Shown here: positions 36,662-48,863 of the stretch, in pieces | Layout of the letters: the number at the start of each line of letters is the position of its first letter | How positions within the stretch are numbered: the stretch's first letter is position 1 | Source: Lepidodermella squamata | Lineage: Eukaryota > Animalia > Gastrotricha | Assembly: GCA_047495785.1 (NCBI GenBank) | Contig: JBLDXI010000014.1 | Location: 62,001 to 126,000, forward strand | DNA: 64,000 bases | Reading direction: 5' to 3' | Position numbers and translations under genes: made by a program | Notes under the pieces: model-generated | What the model was told of the DNA's origin: nothing | Seen by the model: only the letters and a program-made list of their open reading frames with translations | Databases searched by the model: none

Positions 36662-37861
36662 CGAGAAATACTAAATTAACATTTTACTCCGCTACCGAAT
36701 CTAAACCAATCCTAAACAAGGAAATGAAAACAGATTGATAATCGAGGAAAGATAAAGTGCGACATATATGTTACCGATGAATTAAAGCTATTGAGTAATC
36801 GTTTAATTCATGATATGAGGAGACTCGAGATAATCAGGCGCTAAATTTGGGCTGTAAAAGTTTAAACCTAATGATATCGAGGCCTGAAGACTTGAAAACA
36901 GTGCCTTGAGCGACATTCTTAATAATTATAACGCCATCCAATTCTCAGAATCAATAAGCTTCGCTCCTAAACTTCAAGCAGTCATTCGATTCCATCATCC
37001 ATCACCATTTCTAGGCATAAGCTCCTGTCCTGAATAAATTACTTTTTCTTAATTTCAGCTGCAGAAACGCAGATGACTTAGTAATAAATGAAAAGTATAC
37101 CACCAATAAATAAATTATTGTAAGCAATCATCCGCAGTCAAATGCCCACTGCTCAGCTAGGTTATAGGTTGGTTTCGAGTTGGTTCATATAAAAACCTGA
37201 TGATCAATGAAACGCTAAACAATGCAAATCTGAGAAGAATCTTCAGGTAAGTCATTGAAAAACAAACGAACATATCAAAGTTGAAGCTGCAATACAGAAA
37301 AGGAAGCAATTAGGAGTACGTAGCAGAATGACAGAAAAACAGTTGCCTCTTGTCGGTACAGAAAAAGCGCTAAACATACTATTCATCACGCGCAAAAGAC
37401 AACAACGACACGTTTCAATGAGCGCGTGTTTTGACCGCAGAACAACTGGCGATTCCATCACGGCAAATAATAGTACATTCCTTACCGTTCTACAGGTAGT
37501 CGGCCTGAGTGCTGCGCTGGAGAACTCCTCTAAAATTGCCGCCTATACTTTGGTGAAGGATAAATTTTTAAAAATATTTTAATAAATATTCTTTATTAAA
37601 AATAACATTTAACATATAGTACATTTCACTATAATTTTTAATGAGCATAATTGATTGCATGCTTTTAAGCAAAAAATGGTTGCGCACGGATCGCACGTTC
37701 TGCATTCTGCACTGACTTTATTGAGCAGAAGGCTTCCTGCAGAATATATCGCCTTACGCTTCGCTTTGCTTGCTTCGCTGTGGCATAATGAGCTCGGATG
37801 CGTTGGATAACAGCTCGGATAGAAAAATGAAATGTTGCCTATGGTTGTCATTTGGCCCGGC

Positions 37862-37904
37862 CTAACCCTGGCTAACCCTGGCTAATCTGGCGAACCCTGG
37901 CTAA
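37862..37904. repeat. Short tandem array of a CTAACCCTGG decamer (~4 imperfect copies)
   Basis: cctaaccctggctaaccctggctaatctggcgaaccctggctaa read directly. Confidence 0.75.
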
Positions 37905-38009
37905 AGCCATAGTAGCCATAATTCAAATTTTCGAAATGCCCTTGTGCTTTTATTTTTCAATTTAAATAAAAATTCTCGGCTTCCATTGAAACCCGGGGAT
38001 TTTTGTGTA

Positions 38010-39780
38010 TAAAACCCGTCCGTGTCGCCTGCCTGACTGAGCCACAAACCCGAACATCAAATTTTCCATGGCTAGTGACCTTGATCCTGTACTCTGTTGA
38101 CTTATCGAAAAAGCTATAGACAAACTGAGTGAGTACAAGGCTACGACCGGATTCGACGGCATTCCCGAGTGCATCGTCAAGATGGCAAAGCCCTCAATTG
38201 CTCGGCATCTCACAGCGCTCTTCAACTTGGCCATTCGAGATGGCGTCTTCATCAGCGATTGGAAAACGGCTATTGTCACACCGCTGCATAAGGCCGGATC
38301 AAAGGCCGAGATTGGAAATTGTAGGCCGATCTCGATCACTTAACCGCTAGCTCGTACGTTCGAGCGTTGCCTAGCAACACAGCTGAAAGATCATTTTTTG
38401 CGAGCGATCGAATTCTTAACACCGGCGCAACACGGATTTCGTTAATACCATTCGACAGACACCTGCTTGGCGTTGTTTACTGAACGCTGGCGGCATCTGC
38501 TTGTCAAAGGAAACGTGGCTGGAGCCGTGCCGATCGGCTTATCGAAAGCGTTCGACACGCTCCACCTCGATGAAATTATCGAATCTCTCCGCTGGTGTAA
38601 CGGAATTGTCAATTCGCCTATTGATACTACTTGAGTAATCGCCGCCAAACTACGAAAATCAACGGCGAAGCATCCCCGTTCGAGTCGATTGATTGCGGTG
38701 TGCCACAAGGATCGGTCAGTACTGATAGTGATACTGAGACTGTTTTATTTTGCAATTGTCTTTCAACATTTAGCAATTAGGAATTAATAATACGTTAACA
38801 AGCCTCACCACAGTAATCGTGAATTTTTCCAAGTCAGCCGTACATTTAACACATTTCAAGAGTGGGCCACTCATGTTCAAAATTTATGTAAACGACCTGC
38901 CTTTGATTTTAAGTAGATACGGCATAGCTCAATACGCTGACGACTGACGACGTTAGCATTTTCTTTGGTTCGAAAAACATCAACGAACTACAGGCTGCTC
39001 TACAACTGGAACTCAGCAGGTTGTGTATATGGCTGAAGCAGAACAGCCTGGCGGTAAATGGTAAAAAATCGCAGTTTATGCTGCTCGCTGCTCAAGCCGC
39101 ACCTTTCGACAGCACCCGACTTCAAGGTCACCATCGGTGGCGTTCGGATTAGGCCTTCTGAATCTATGAACACGCTCGGCTTCCATATTGAAAATAAGCT
39201 CTTATTCGACGAACACGTCGAGATGGCGAAGGGCAAGGCTCGAAAGGGCTTGTTCGCTCTCAAACAAGCTGTCGATGCTGGAGTTGATCGCAAAACTACC
39301 GTCATGATGACCAACGGTCTCGTTGTCAGCCACCTGAATTATGAATTATGGCGACATTACCCTTGCGCTCATCCGGTTCCGCTTCGGCATCGACTTGGAT
39401 GGCTTACTGTCAACCAGAAACATGTGGTACACCTATGCACATGCATATGGAAGAACCTGCACAAGATGGCGCCGGATGACTTCAAGTCGATATTAAAACT
39501 GAATGATCGCAGCCAATAACTGTCGCAATTTCGAGCCAATGTTCAAGCCGACCTTCACGACCGAGCACGGCCAACTGCCCTCGGTCGTTCACGACGCGCG
39601 GTCTGCAAAGGCGTGTCGCCTACGCACATTTCAATAGTCAATAATTATATTTTGTATTTTTGCTCAATTTGTTGTTTCTGATTATGTTGTTAGATTTTCT
39701 ACAATTGCATCGCACTTTCGAAGATTTAATGTCATCTGAATTGTCCTATACATCTGCAACCTGTCCTACAATTATTCTTT
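38010..39780 (+). mobile_element. Degraded L2/Crack-like LINE (RT domain and 3' UTR) with an internal insertion
   Basis: Frame-broken RT motifs GFDGIP...LFNLAI..GVFISDWKTAIVTPLHKAG...RPISI, LSKAFDT, GVPQGS, QYADD and LRHRLGWL. A ~145-nt insertion at ~38718-38863 splits GVPQGSV/GPLMF. Boundaries approximate. Confidence 0.85.
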
Positions 39781-39859
39781 ATTCTTTCACGTTCGCGATC
39801 AACAGTGGCGAAATGGTTATAGGTACAACATGTTAAGGCGCCTCACTACTGACGTCAAA

Positions 39860-40420
39860 TAGTTATTAATGTCAAGCTATTTAACATAGTTTTTAAATTT
39901 TTATGAGAATTATTAATGTAATCAGTAGGTATTGAGTTCCAGAGAGGCCTCACACGTCTAACAAAGGAAGATTTATAAGAATCAATATTTGCAGGTATAC
40001 AACTAATTTCATGAGCAACGGCTCTGCGGCGACTAGAAATATAAAAAAAAATCGTAAAAATTACGATCAACAGTATTCTGGTACATTTTGTGACAAAGAC
40101 ATATATCTCTGATGAGACGACGTTCCTCTAGTTTTTGTAAGTCAATAATTTTGCTTGTTGCTCATAATAGTCGAGTCCATCAACAGAGGTAAAATATAAT
40201 GTTCCCGGAAATAACAGCATTTTGGTGCAATTAATTTGGATTCTTTCCAGATCGTCAATATCAGTTAAACAAATAGGTGATGATACAGCTGGGCAATATT
40301 CAACAAGAGGATGAATAACGTGGGTTTTAAAGGCTTTCAGTTGCATATCTTGAGATTTAAAGCATTTGTATATATTTGTAATATAGCATTGGTAACGCGG
40401 GCACACTTGTCAATCACCTG
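39860..40420 (-). mobile_element. CR1-like LINE 3' fragment (degraded)
   Basis: FKTHVIHPLVEYCPAVSSP...DIDDLERIQ and SFVRRVRPLWNSIP resemble post-RT motifs of CR1-group ORF2. Boundaries approximate. Confidence 0.7.
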
Positions 40421-40479
40421 TATTATAAGAAAAATTGAGCTGGCTTGTACTCTTTTGACACGCCACAATATTTAATATT

Positions 40480-41070
40480 CAAAGACTTAGGCCTAGAGCG
40501 TTCATGTTCTGTTTGAAGTTGTAAGTGTCAAATTACGGAGGAAAGCAGTTTATCGGTAAGTCGTTCCAGGTCGTTGCGACGGTGTTTTGTAGCGTTGCAA
40601 AAATTTTAGTGTCATGGCCGGCTCTCTGTCAACGGTTGATGTGCGTTGACGGGCAAGCGAAGTTTCACTTAGAAGCGATTTTGCTTTGCCGAATCCCAAG
40701 ATTTTACGTTGTTTGCGTATGAGTTTCAAGTGGTCGCGGATTTGTTTCGTTCCTTTTCTGCCGACGATGACTTAGTAAAAGTAACGCATAGTGCCGCCAA
40801 ATCGTCTTTCGCCTCGGGGCATTATCATCTTTACCCCTATTTGGCGGGTGAAGCGTTCTTGGACGGACTGAACGTGGTCCAGTGTGCTTGCGACGCGTGG
40901 GCGTAGCCGATCATGCCAGACTCGAGTATTGGCATGGCGTGTGTTTTGAACGCGTTTCCCAGTTGCCATGGCGCTAGGAATGTGCGGAGCCGAAGCGGCT
41001 GGGACACAATCTTGTTAGCTCGCGCTACCAGTTTCGTGACACATGGCTCCATAGAAAGTGCCGGGTCGAG
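40480..41070 (-). mobile_element. Second CR1-like LINE 3' fragment (degraded)
   Basis: VARANKI...AFKTHAMPILE...VQERFTRQI...TVATTWNDLP across shifted frames. Boundaries approximate. Confidence 0.65.
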
Positions 41071-42226
41071 AGTGAGACCCAGTAGGACAGTCGGGTCGCT
41101 AGTCGTTTGTTGTTTCTCGGGCGCTGCCGGTACCCCTGCTTTCCGTCAGCCACTTCGAAATCTTGGTTAGCTGAACTTTGTGTCGACCCTCTTTTCCATA
41201 GAGACATGATTGGCACCCACCCAGGCTGTGGCCAGCCTGCTGTAGATAAAACGTAGAAGATGAGTAGTGTGGAGTCAAACACAGTTTGCCTTGGAGTCTA
41301 ATTCAGTTCCGGAGTAAGTTTTGGCTAATTTAGTGACTCTCTTTTCGGAGTCGAATTTGGCTTAGTATATATATTATCGGAGTCAGAAATGAGTAGAAAT
41401 GCGGAAAAGAGGAGTCTACATGACTCCGAAGTTAACGTTTGGACCACACTGTCCTTGAGGGAAATTATGGGGGCCTGCAGCGTAAGAAAATGTCGCGCGC
41501 GCATCACGCCGTTCGGAACGAAAAAAAACACCTCTTTTTTAATTTTAACATGCGGACTAAAATACCCACAGTTTTCAATATTAATATCCGCAGTAAATCT
41601 GTGAATATTATGTCTGATGCTAAAAATACTGTTTGTGTTTTTATTATATGTCAAATTCAAAATATTACAACTTAGGCGGGTAAAAAAACCTAGCTTAGAT
41701 TTCTCTTTCCTACCTTGAACCTACTACATATTTCGAGCCACTACTAAAGGACAAATAAAGATCGAAACGCCATTATTGTCAATTGTGACCCCTGGAAGTT
41801 TCGCCCAGTAGAAAATGTGAGGCAGCTGTTAGATCATGGGTAGCTCGACGATGAGTTCACTGTTCACTCCTTGTCACTAAGGGCAATCCATCCGAGGTTC
41901 AGCGTTCAGCCTCTAGAGTTCGCTGCAGGCGGAGCTCGTTTCAGCTTCCCTTAGTCTACTTATTTATATCTTTATCTTCCTATTTTTCGGCAATCAGTAA
42001 CTTCCGACTTTCTTATTTCTTACTTGTTTGAATTTATCGAATCCAATCTTAACCAGGTGAATACGCGTGCTGTGACTAAGGATACGTATCGTTTACTTCG
42101 CCCTTTGCTCCTTGTCCCCGTCAGTGAATTATTTAACCGTGAAACTGGTAGCAGCTGATGTCAAGCAGAACATGGCTTGATGTGTTGGCGTATCAAGCGA
42201 CAATCTTTCACAATTTTATTTGTAGG

Positions 42227-43170
42227 ATGATTCCAAAATTTTTATTTGTCATTATCGCCGGTGCTCTTGTCTCGGCGTTGATCATTGTTCAGCTATATGG
42301 CACCGAAACTAATTTGATTACGTCACTTTTTATCGAGGAGCGCCTCAAAGTACCTGATTATCCCGTGAGAGTAGGATGGTTAATTTTTGCGACGGGTAAA
42401 TACATTCAGTTCGCTGAGATATTTATAAAGTCTCTCCGCAAGCACTTTGATTGCCCTATTTGCAATGTCACTTACATTATTTTCACGGATGGAAGTCTCT
42501 CGCATCGGTCTGCTGCGTCAAAAGATATTAAAATAGTACGGTTGCTGATAACACAAAAGTTGTGTTTTCAATTCTGAAAATCGTTGTCTTTTCAGATTTC
42601 GTACAAATTGAAGGGCTGGCCTTACGATACGCTGAATAGGGTTCATGCCTTTCGTGAGGCAAAGTCTCTACTAGAAGGATATGATTATTATTTGGCGATT
42701 GATGCTGATATGCGTGCCCGTAGTCGAATTGGTATGGAGATTCTGGGAGACAGAGTTGCAACCCTCCATCCCGCGTTTGCTGACAATAGAATTCGAGGAA
42801 CGTTTGAGAACAACACGCAGTAAGCTTTATCGCCTTCTCCTTAATTGCTTGGCGATATTGTTTTGTCATCAGCTCATCTGCCTACGTCGATCCTTCTGAA
42901 GGCTCGCATTACTTCGCGGGAGGTTTTTACGGGGGACGCGCTGAAGAATTCTGGAAGCTATGTGATGGTGTTTCACAGCTCATTGACTCCGATCTTGCCC
43001 AAGGTTTTGTTGCAGTCTGGCACGATGAGTCTTATCTCAACCGTTACTTAGCAACTAACCCGCCGTCGGTGATTTTAACCCCCGCGTATTGCTATCCTGA
43101 TCTCTGGAAATTACCCTACGAAAAGAAGATCGTGGCTAGGACCAAGCGCCATTCCGTGGCTAGATCATAA
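42227..43170 (+). CDS. Glycosyltransferase family 6 (ABO/Forssman-like alpha-1,3-GalNAc/Gal transferase), 3 exons, 276 aa
   Basis: Exons 42227-42535, 42596-42819 and 42873-43170. N-terminal signal-anchor. Motifs FATGKYIQF, YIIFTD, GWPYDT, IDADM (DXD), VATLHP, YFAGGFYGG, AVWHDESYLNRYL, ILTPAYCY. Confidence 0.93.
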
Positions 43171-43353
43171 TTTTCTACTCATCATGCCAAGTCCTTTCAA
43201 ATTTCTCTTTCAGTGATAACTGCTCAAAGAATTTCCATGCTTCTAATACATTTTTAATGCTCCAGTCTATTGATCATTTCAACCGTAATAGATTTTTATA
43301 TTTTTATTTTATCCCTTTCGGTTTATGGCTGAATCCATTTCAAGTTGTGCGTT

Positions 43354-44724
43354 ATGGACTTGAGTTTGGCTTCATCTCACTTCGGTGGCGCAATAGACAA
43401 CGATGACTTTCCACTCCCAGCCTTTCCCATTGCAAGCCCGTCTCCGACTGATTTGTCGCCTGGATTACCTAAATCAGAGTCAGATCAATTTATTTGTGAA
43501 GTTTGCTCGAAAAAATGCATATCACGAGAAAACCTTCGCAACCATCGCCGACACGTGCATCCTAAAAAGTTTTACGCCTGCCCTAAGTGTCAGAAAGTTT
43601 TCAAATCAACTTCATCACTGCGACGTCACTCCTCCGTGCATTCACCGGAAATAGGAATATCTCAGCAATGTCAACAATTTTCTGCTCCAAATATCTGTTT
43701 ATTGTGCTCGAAATCGTTCAAAACACCCAGTGCTTTAGATGTCCATAAAAGCAAAGTTCACAGCGAAATGAGCGAAATTATGTTTGTTAAAACGGATTCC
43801 TCGGCGCCATCTTCGTCAGCTTCGACTGCATCAAACTCGGCGTTAGATTTAGGATCGATTTTCAGCTCTACTGATTTTCAACATCACAATTTGCCCGTTT
43901 TTCCCGGTTTCGAGAGCCTCGACGGCGAGGAGCCTGTCGATTTGTCGAAAAATCAGAAACTTGGCAATCACAGCACGTCGACAATACCCTCTCCGCCACT
44001 GTCCGTTCTTTCAATCAGCCCAGTTTATACGAGAGCAAATTCAGCCAATGTTGGCTTGCTTTCTATTAAAAACCCGGATGGCACTGTTTCGTGTGGTTTT
44101 TGTGGTAAGGCTTTCCAGTCGAAATCGCTGCTATCGTACCATAGACGCAACGTTCACCCGAGTGTGCTTCATTCGTGCTCGGATTGCGGCAAGGCGTTCA
44201 AATCGAAATCTCACCTGCGCCGCCACGGCCGCGTGCATTCGGGCGAACGACCATTTCCGTGTTCTCTCTGCTCACGCCGCTATTCAGACGCGCGACACGT
44301 CCGTGAACACCAATTCAAATGTCACGGTATCGATAACAAAGTGAATGGAATGGCTGCAGGGCGTAGTGATAGAGCCTTGGATCGGTGAGTTGAAATTTGT
44401 TGTAGAGCTTGGATTATTTAATGAATTTTCAATAAGATTCTTGTTGGCGTTTTTCGGTCATCATTTACACCCTGTTCCCTGTTGTTTTTCAGAGGCAGCT
44501 TGAATTATTGTTCAATATGTTCCGAAACCTGTTTGGACCAAAATCAGCTTCAACGACACGTTATCAAACATCATTTGCGATTGTCACGAAACAACGAAAT
44601 AACACCATCGAAATTTTTCGTATCTTGCCCGTTCTGTCGCTATGCTGTGAAGCCCCCACGAACGCTGGGCTGGCACATGCGGCGACACTCGCGACCGAAG
44701 AAGCAATCGATTTCAACAAAGTGA
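43354..44724 (+). CDS. C2H2 zinc-finger protein (~8 fingers, 2 exons)
   Basis: Repeated CxxC-x12-Hxxx(x)H motifs and an HSGERPF linker. A GT-AG intron after ...ALDR joins to GSLNYCSIC...; stop at 44724. Confidence 0.88.
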
Positions 44725-45707
44725 TTACTTGTTACCGGAAAATTCTCCGTCCTGCCTGCTTATTCTTACGTTGCGCTGACCTTGCAATTCTCTGCAATAT
44801 CGGTCGATAGAATCCTCGAAATTGGCAAATCGATCATTCCTACTCCTAGTCTTCCGTTCCACTTGATATCTCCCTCATGATTTCGCAAGGTGTTTTACCA
44901 ACCAAGTCGCCGTTCTCCAATCAATCGATCAATCTGCGATTTTGCGTCCTCCGTGAACAACGAAATTTACTATACGGTGCTGTATAAATATGCCCTTTAA
45001 TGTTGCTACTGGTTTAATTGTTTAATTGTGCCTTTCTTACATCTGAAAGTGGCCAATTTTGTTGTGCAAATGTAGATAGAAGGAAAGAGAGAGACATTTA
45101 TTTGCGCTAAATTTTGCTATTTTGATTTACCTAATTTTCTCCAGTCTTCAGCTAACTCGGTAATTTTTTGACAATTGATGATAAATCCGCGAATATTAAT
45201 GCTAGAGATATACTTGTTGATGTTCAATTATAATCAGCCTTCGTCCTTTGTGAAAATTATTCGGTTTTTTCTACTTACCAACTTTCTATTAATCTCTTTC
45301 GGCTGTTGGAAATCGTTGCTTTTCTACTTTACACGTCGTAATTGTTCACATATATTTATGCAATCAAATTATTCTGATATGCAAACGTAGGAATACGCGA
45401 ACGGAACTGCTGGTGAAAAGTAATGTTTTGGGCAAGCATATTTCAGCTGCTGATATAACCGTCTTATCATCACTTTAACTTCTTCGTTGTACTGCTCTTC
45501 CAAAAAAGAACACAACTCCTGACTGCGATTTTCTTGATTCCTAAATTGAACCAATTTTGAAATTCTTGATACGCGCGCTTGCAGCTAAAACTATAAATGC
45601 ATCGTGAACCTAAATAAGATTCAAATTTGAGAGAAAAATAAAGGAAAATTTGACGATTACAAAAACCAGTCTTGCTTGATAATTTTAGGCGATTATATTT
45701 GCCTTGA

Positions 45708-47990
45708 ATGAGTGATAACGCGAACTCAACGCTGAATAGCAGGCGGTCGTTTCACTTCGTCGACAGTACCGGGCAAAGCCGAGTTGCAGATTTGACCCCG
45801 GCACATGTGATCAGCAATGCCTCGGGACACCGAGCCATTTTCATCACTCACCAACCGTCCAGTTCTAGGAACGTAGTCACTATATATAAGCAACTGCAGC
45901 CATTAACTGAGGCATCAGACCCTTCGGAAGTTGAAGTTAGACAGGATCCGGCGAAAATTAAAGATGGGAAGCCGAAATTGGGACCATCAAACTACCCTTA
46001 CGCTTGTTCAGCCTGCTCAAACCGCTTCCGGAATGCCTTAGCTCTGATGAAGCACTCGAATAAAGCGCACTATGAAAGCAATCGGAAAGCGGTAGAAGCT
46101 CCGAAAGTGAAACCATTTGTTCTGAAAATTAACCCGTTGAGATCTCTCCGCTCTGCTCCATCAGGTCGAATTCTGTTTTCTCTGCTGGAGACGAATCCTC
46201 GACCTCCTGTTCAACCCGCCGTGAAAGATGCAGATATTAATGATAATACTAAGGGTACCTACAAATGCCGGTTTTGTACTGGTGACAAAGTAGTCAAGTT
46301 CAATTACCGGTCCCATTTGATCCAGCACTATAAATTTCACCGAAGGTTAGCTATGGCTGATCGTAATAAAAAACTGGTTTGCGCTGTTTGCCAGCGGTTA
46401 TTTGTCAACCGATCTTCGCTTTTCGTCCATATGCGAAGTCAACACCCTCTGCCGAGAGGACCTGGCGGGCTAGGAGTAGTCGAAATTAACACGGCCTACC
46501 CGATGGAATGCTTGCTATGTTTTAAACGATTTCGAGATGAAGATGAGCATATGAATCATTGGAAGTCAGCTCACCAGGAGAAGCGCGTTTATCGCTGCAT
46601 TGAGGTTTGCAATTTATATCTACCAGGTGCCGAGCCAAAATATTGTTTTGCAGTGTTCACCCCCTCGTGATTTTCGAAGTTCAGCGGAACTTGATTTACA
46701 CCAAAGATCTCATACTAAAACTAAAAATTACGGTAGGTATAATTGACAATTTTGGAAGCTTAAGTTGAAGAACCCAAATTAAATTAGAGTGCCTGAATTG
46801 TAAGCGTAAGATGTCTTCAAAATCGAATCTAAACCGGCACATGATTCTGATTCACGGTACTGAAGAACAAAAATCTCGTTTGGTCGAAAAGGCGACATCT
46901 TCTGCCATTGCGGACGTCGAGGAGGAGCTTACTTCGGATCGAAATTCAATTACATGCGTAATCTGCTGCCGGAAATTTGCTAATTTGAACGAGCTCATCG
47001 AACATCGCCGGCTGCGACACAGCGATGGAAACGACCGGCCGTGGCCTTATGCTTGCCACAAATGCTCTCAGCGCTTTCAATACCAAAGCCAGCTGGCGTT
47101 CCACCTGAAAACTGCAAAAAATCACAAAAATGTTATCAGCAACGAATTTTCTGTCCCAAAAATAGTTTCTCAGCCGAAGCCTCCACGACCTCTATCTCCA
47201 CCTGAAATGTTTTCAATTGACCTGAGTGCAAACACTCAGGAAGAAATTGAAGCGGCCGAAGCTCTGAGGCGAAGTAGATTGATTGATTTACCTAACGAAA
47301 CGGAACCAATTTCAACCCCTCCTGCTCCGTCGCCAGGTCTAACACAAAACCTGCTGGACATGGGCGATGAGTCTTGGATGATTCCTCTGCTGCCAGTTGG
47401 ACGTTTCCTTGAAGGTGCGATTATTTACATTTTGAAGATTAGCTTATCATTTTTGGGTTAAGACTCGGCATCTGGAATGGAGGGCGTTTTTAACGCTGCT
47501 CGAGCTGACCTGGCTACCCCAACTGCTCTAGATCTCGATGTTTTACCGCCGAGCTCGATTCACGGCGAACTTGAGGCAGAAGCGATCTCAAATCCATGTC
47601 CTGTAGCTCAAGCGGACGGTTCGTTTTCGTGCAATGTTTGCTCCAAGGTATTCAGATTTATTTACCTTGATTCCTACTATTATATTTTAATTTCAGAATT
47701 TCGGCAGGCTAGGCGATGCGAAGCGACATATTCAGGTTATACACGTTGAAGAGCGGCCTTTTGCCTGTGATGTGTGTAAAAAGACGTTCAAATGGCGGCA
47801 TTCTTACGTTGATCATCGGAGAATTCATTCAGGCGAACGGCCGTATGTATGTGAAATTTGCGACGCTGCATTTACCGCTTCTGGTAACCTGATGCGACAT
47901 AAGAAAAACACGCATGGCATTGGGCATCATCAATCCTCCGCTGTAAGGGCGGCAATCAAGCCACAGAACCTAACCACCGGTGAATTATGA
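45708..47990 (+). CDS. C2H2 zinc-finger protein (~11 fingers, multi-exon)
   Basis: ORFs 45708-46670, 46811-47461, 47477-47749 and 47772-47990 join via short introns. Many C2H2 motifs and an HSGERPY linker. Confidence 0.88.
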
Positions 47991-48863
47991 TGATTATTGA
48001 TGATTGTTATTGATGATGGTTGATGATTATGATAATTATTTTCCTGTGTATCGATTTTGGCATTTTAAGATTGTTTGAGTCTGACGATAATGGACACTCG
48101 AAGCGTCGCTTGTACCAAAAGTTAATAAAAGTTTAACTGCTCAATTGATTACTGAGTCTACACTGCACTATTGTGAGTGACGTATTGAAATTGCGTTTTC
48201 TATTTTAGTTAAGGTGACTCTCCATTTCCTCGCTGATTCTGACACTTAGTCTTTCTGGCGATTGGTTGAAATTGTCTGATACAGTATACAGTGTCGTATG
48301 GGCCATACGAAACATACCTACTCGAATAGCATGCAAAACGCCGAAATTGACGCTAAACAAAGTCCTTGTTAGTATTTTCGGGCTCGCCACGCCCGAAATC
48401 AATCCACAATAACGGATAACATAATAATACTGGCGCACTGTTTCGCCAGGGGGTATTGAGGGCTAGAATAGAATTACATCGAGGCCAACACGGTGTCCAG
48501 CGCAAGGCCAGACGCGGTGAGAAGCGCCTCCTCAAAGGTAGTAAAGGTTGAAAAATGGTCGCCCACAGACGCTCAAGTTTGTTAGACAGCAGAAAGAAGA
48601 GCAGCATGTGGAGGTGATTATCAGTGTCGCAAATGTAAGGCGCGACTTCAGCAAAACGAGCCCAGGAAGAAACTAACTAGTCGTAAGAGTCGCCGGAGAT
48701 CTGCCCAACACGAACGAGCGCCAGCTTGATAGGCAAGGCGAAGACGGTGGCCGCAGTAGCAGGCACCGGGAGCAGGGACGCCCAGCAGTAGCGCCCGACG
48801 CGGCCACGCCAAAACCAGGGACGCTCCCAATCATGAGAGACCTAGCAGGGCCGGAGGAGCCGG

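Noticed and set aside
37197-37215. CTGATGA...GAAA hammerhead-like core
   Set aside because: Only 5 nt between the cores and no flanking stems. Other CTGATGA sites checked also lack the fold.
45050-45560. Coding-like minus-strand stretch between the zinc-finger genes (similar stretches at ~300-900, ~5950-6240 and ~48200-48860)
   Set aside because: Interrupted by stops with no recognisable motif; probably decayed TE or pseudogene debris that I cannot classify.
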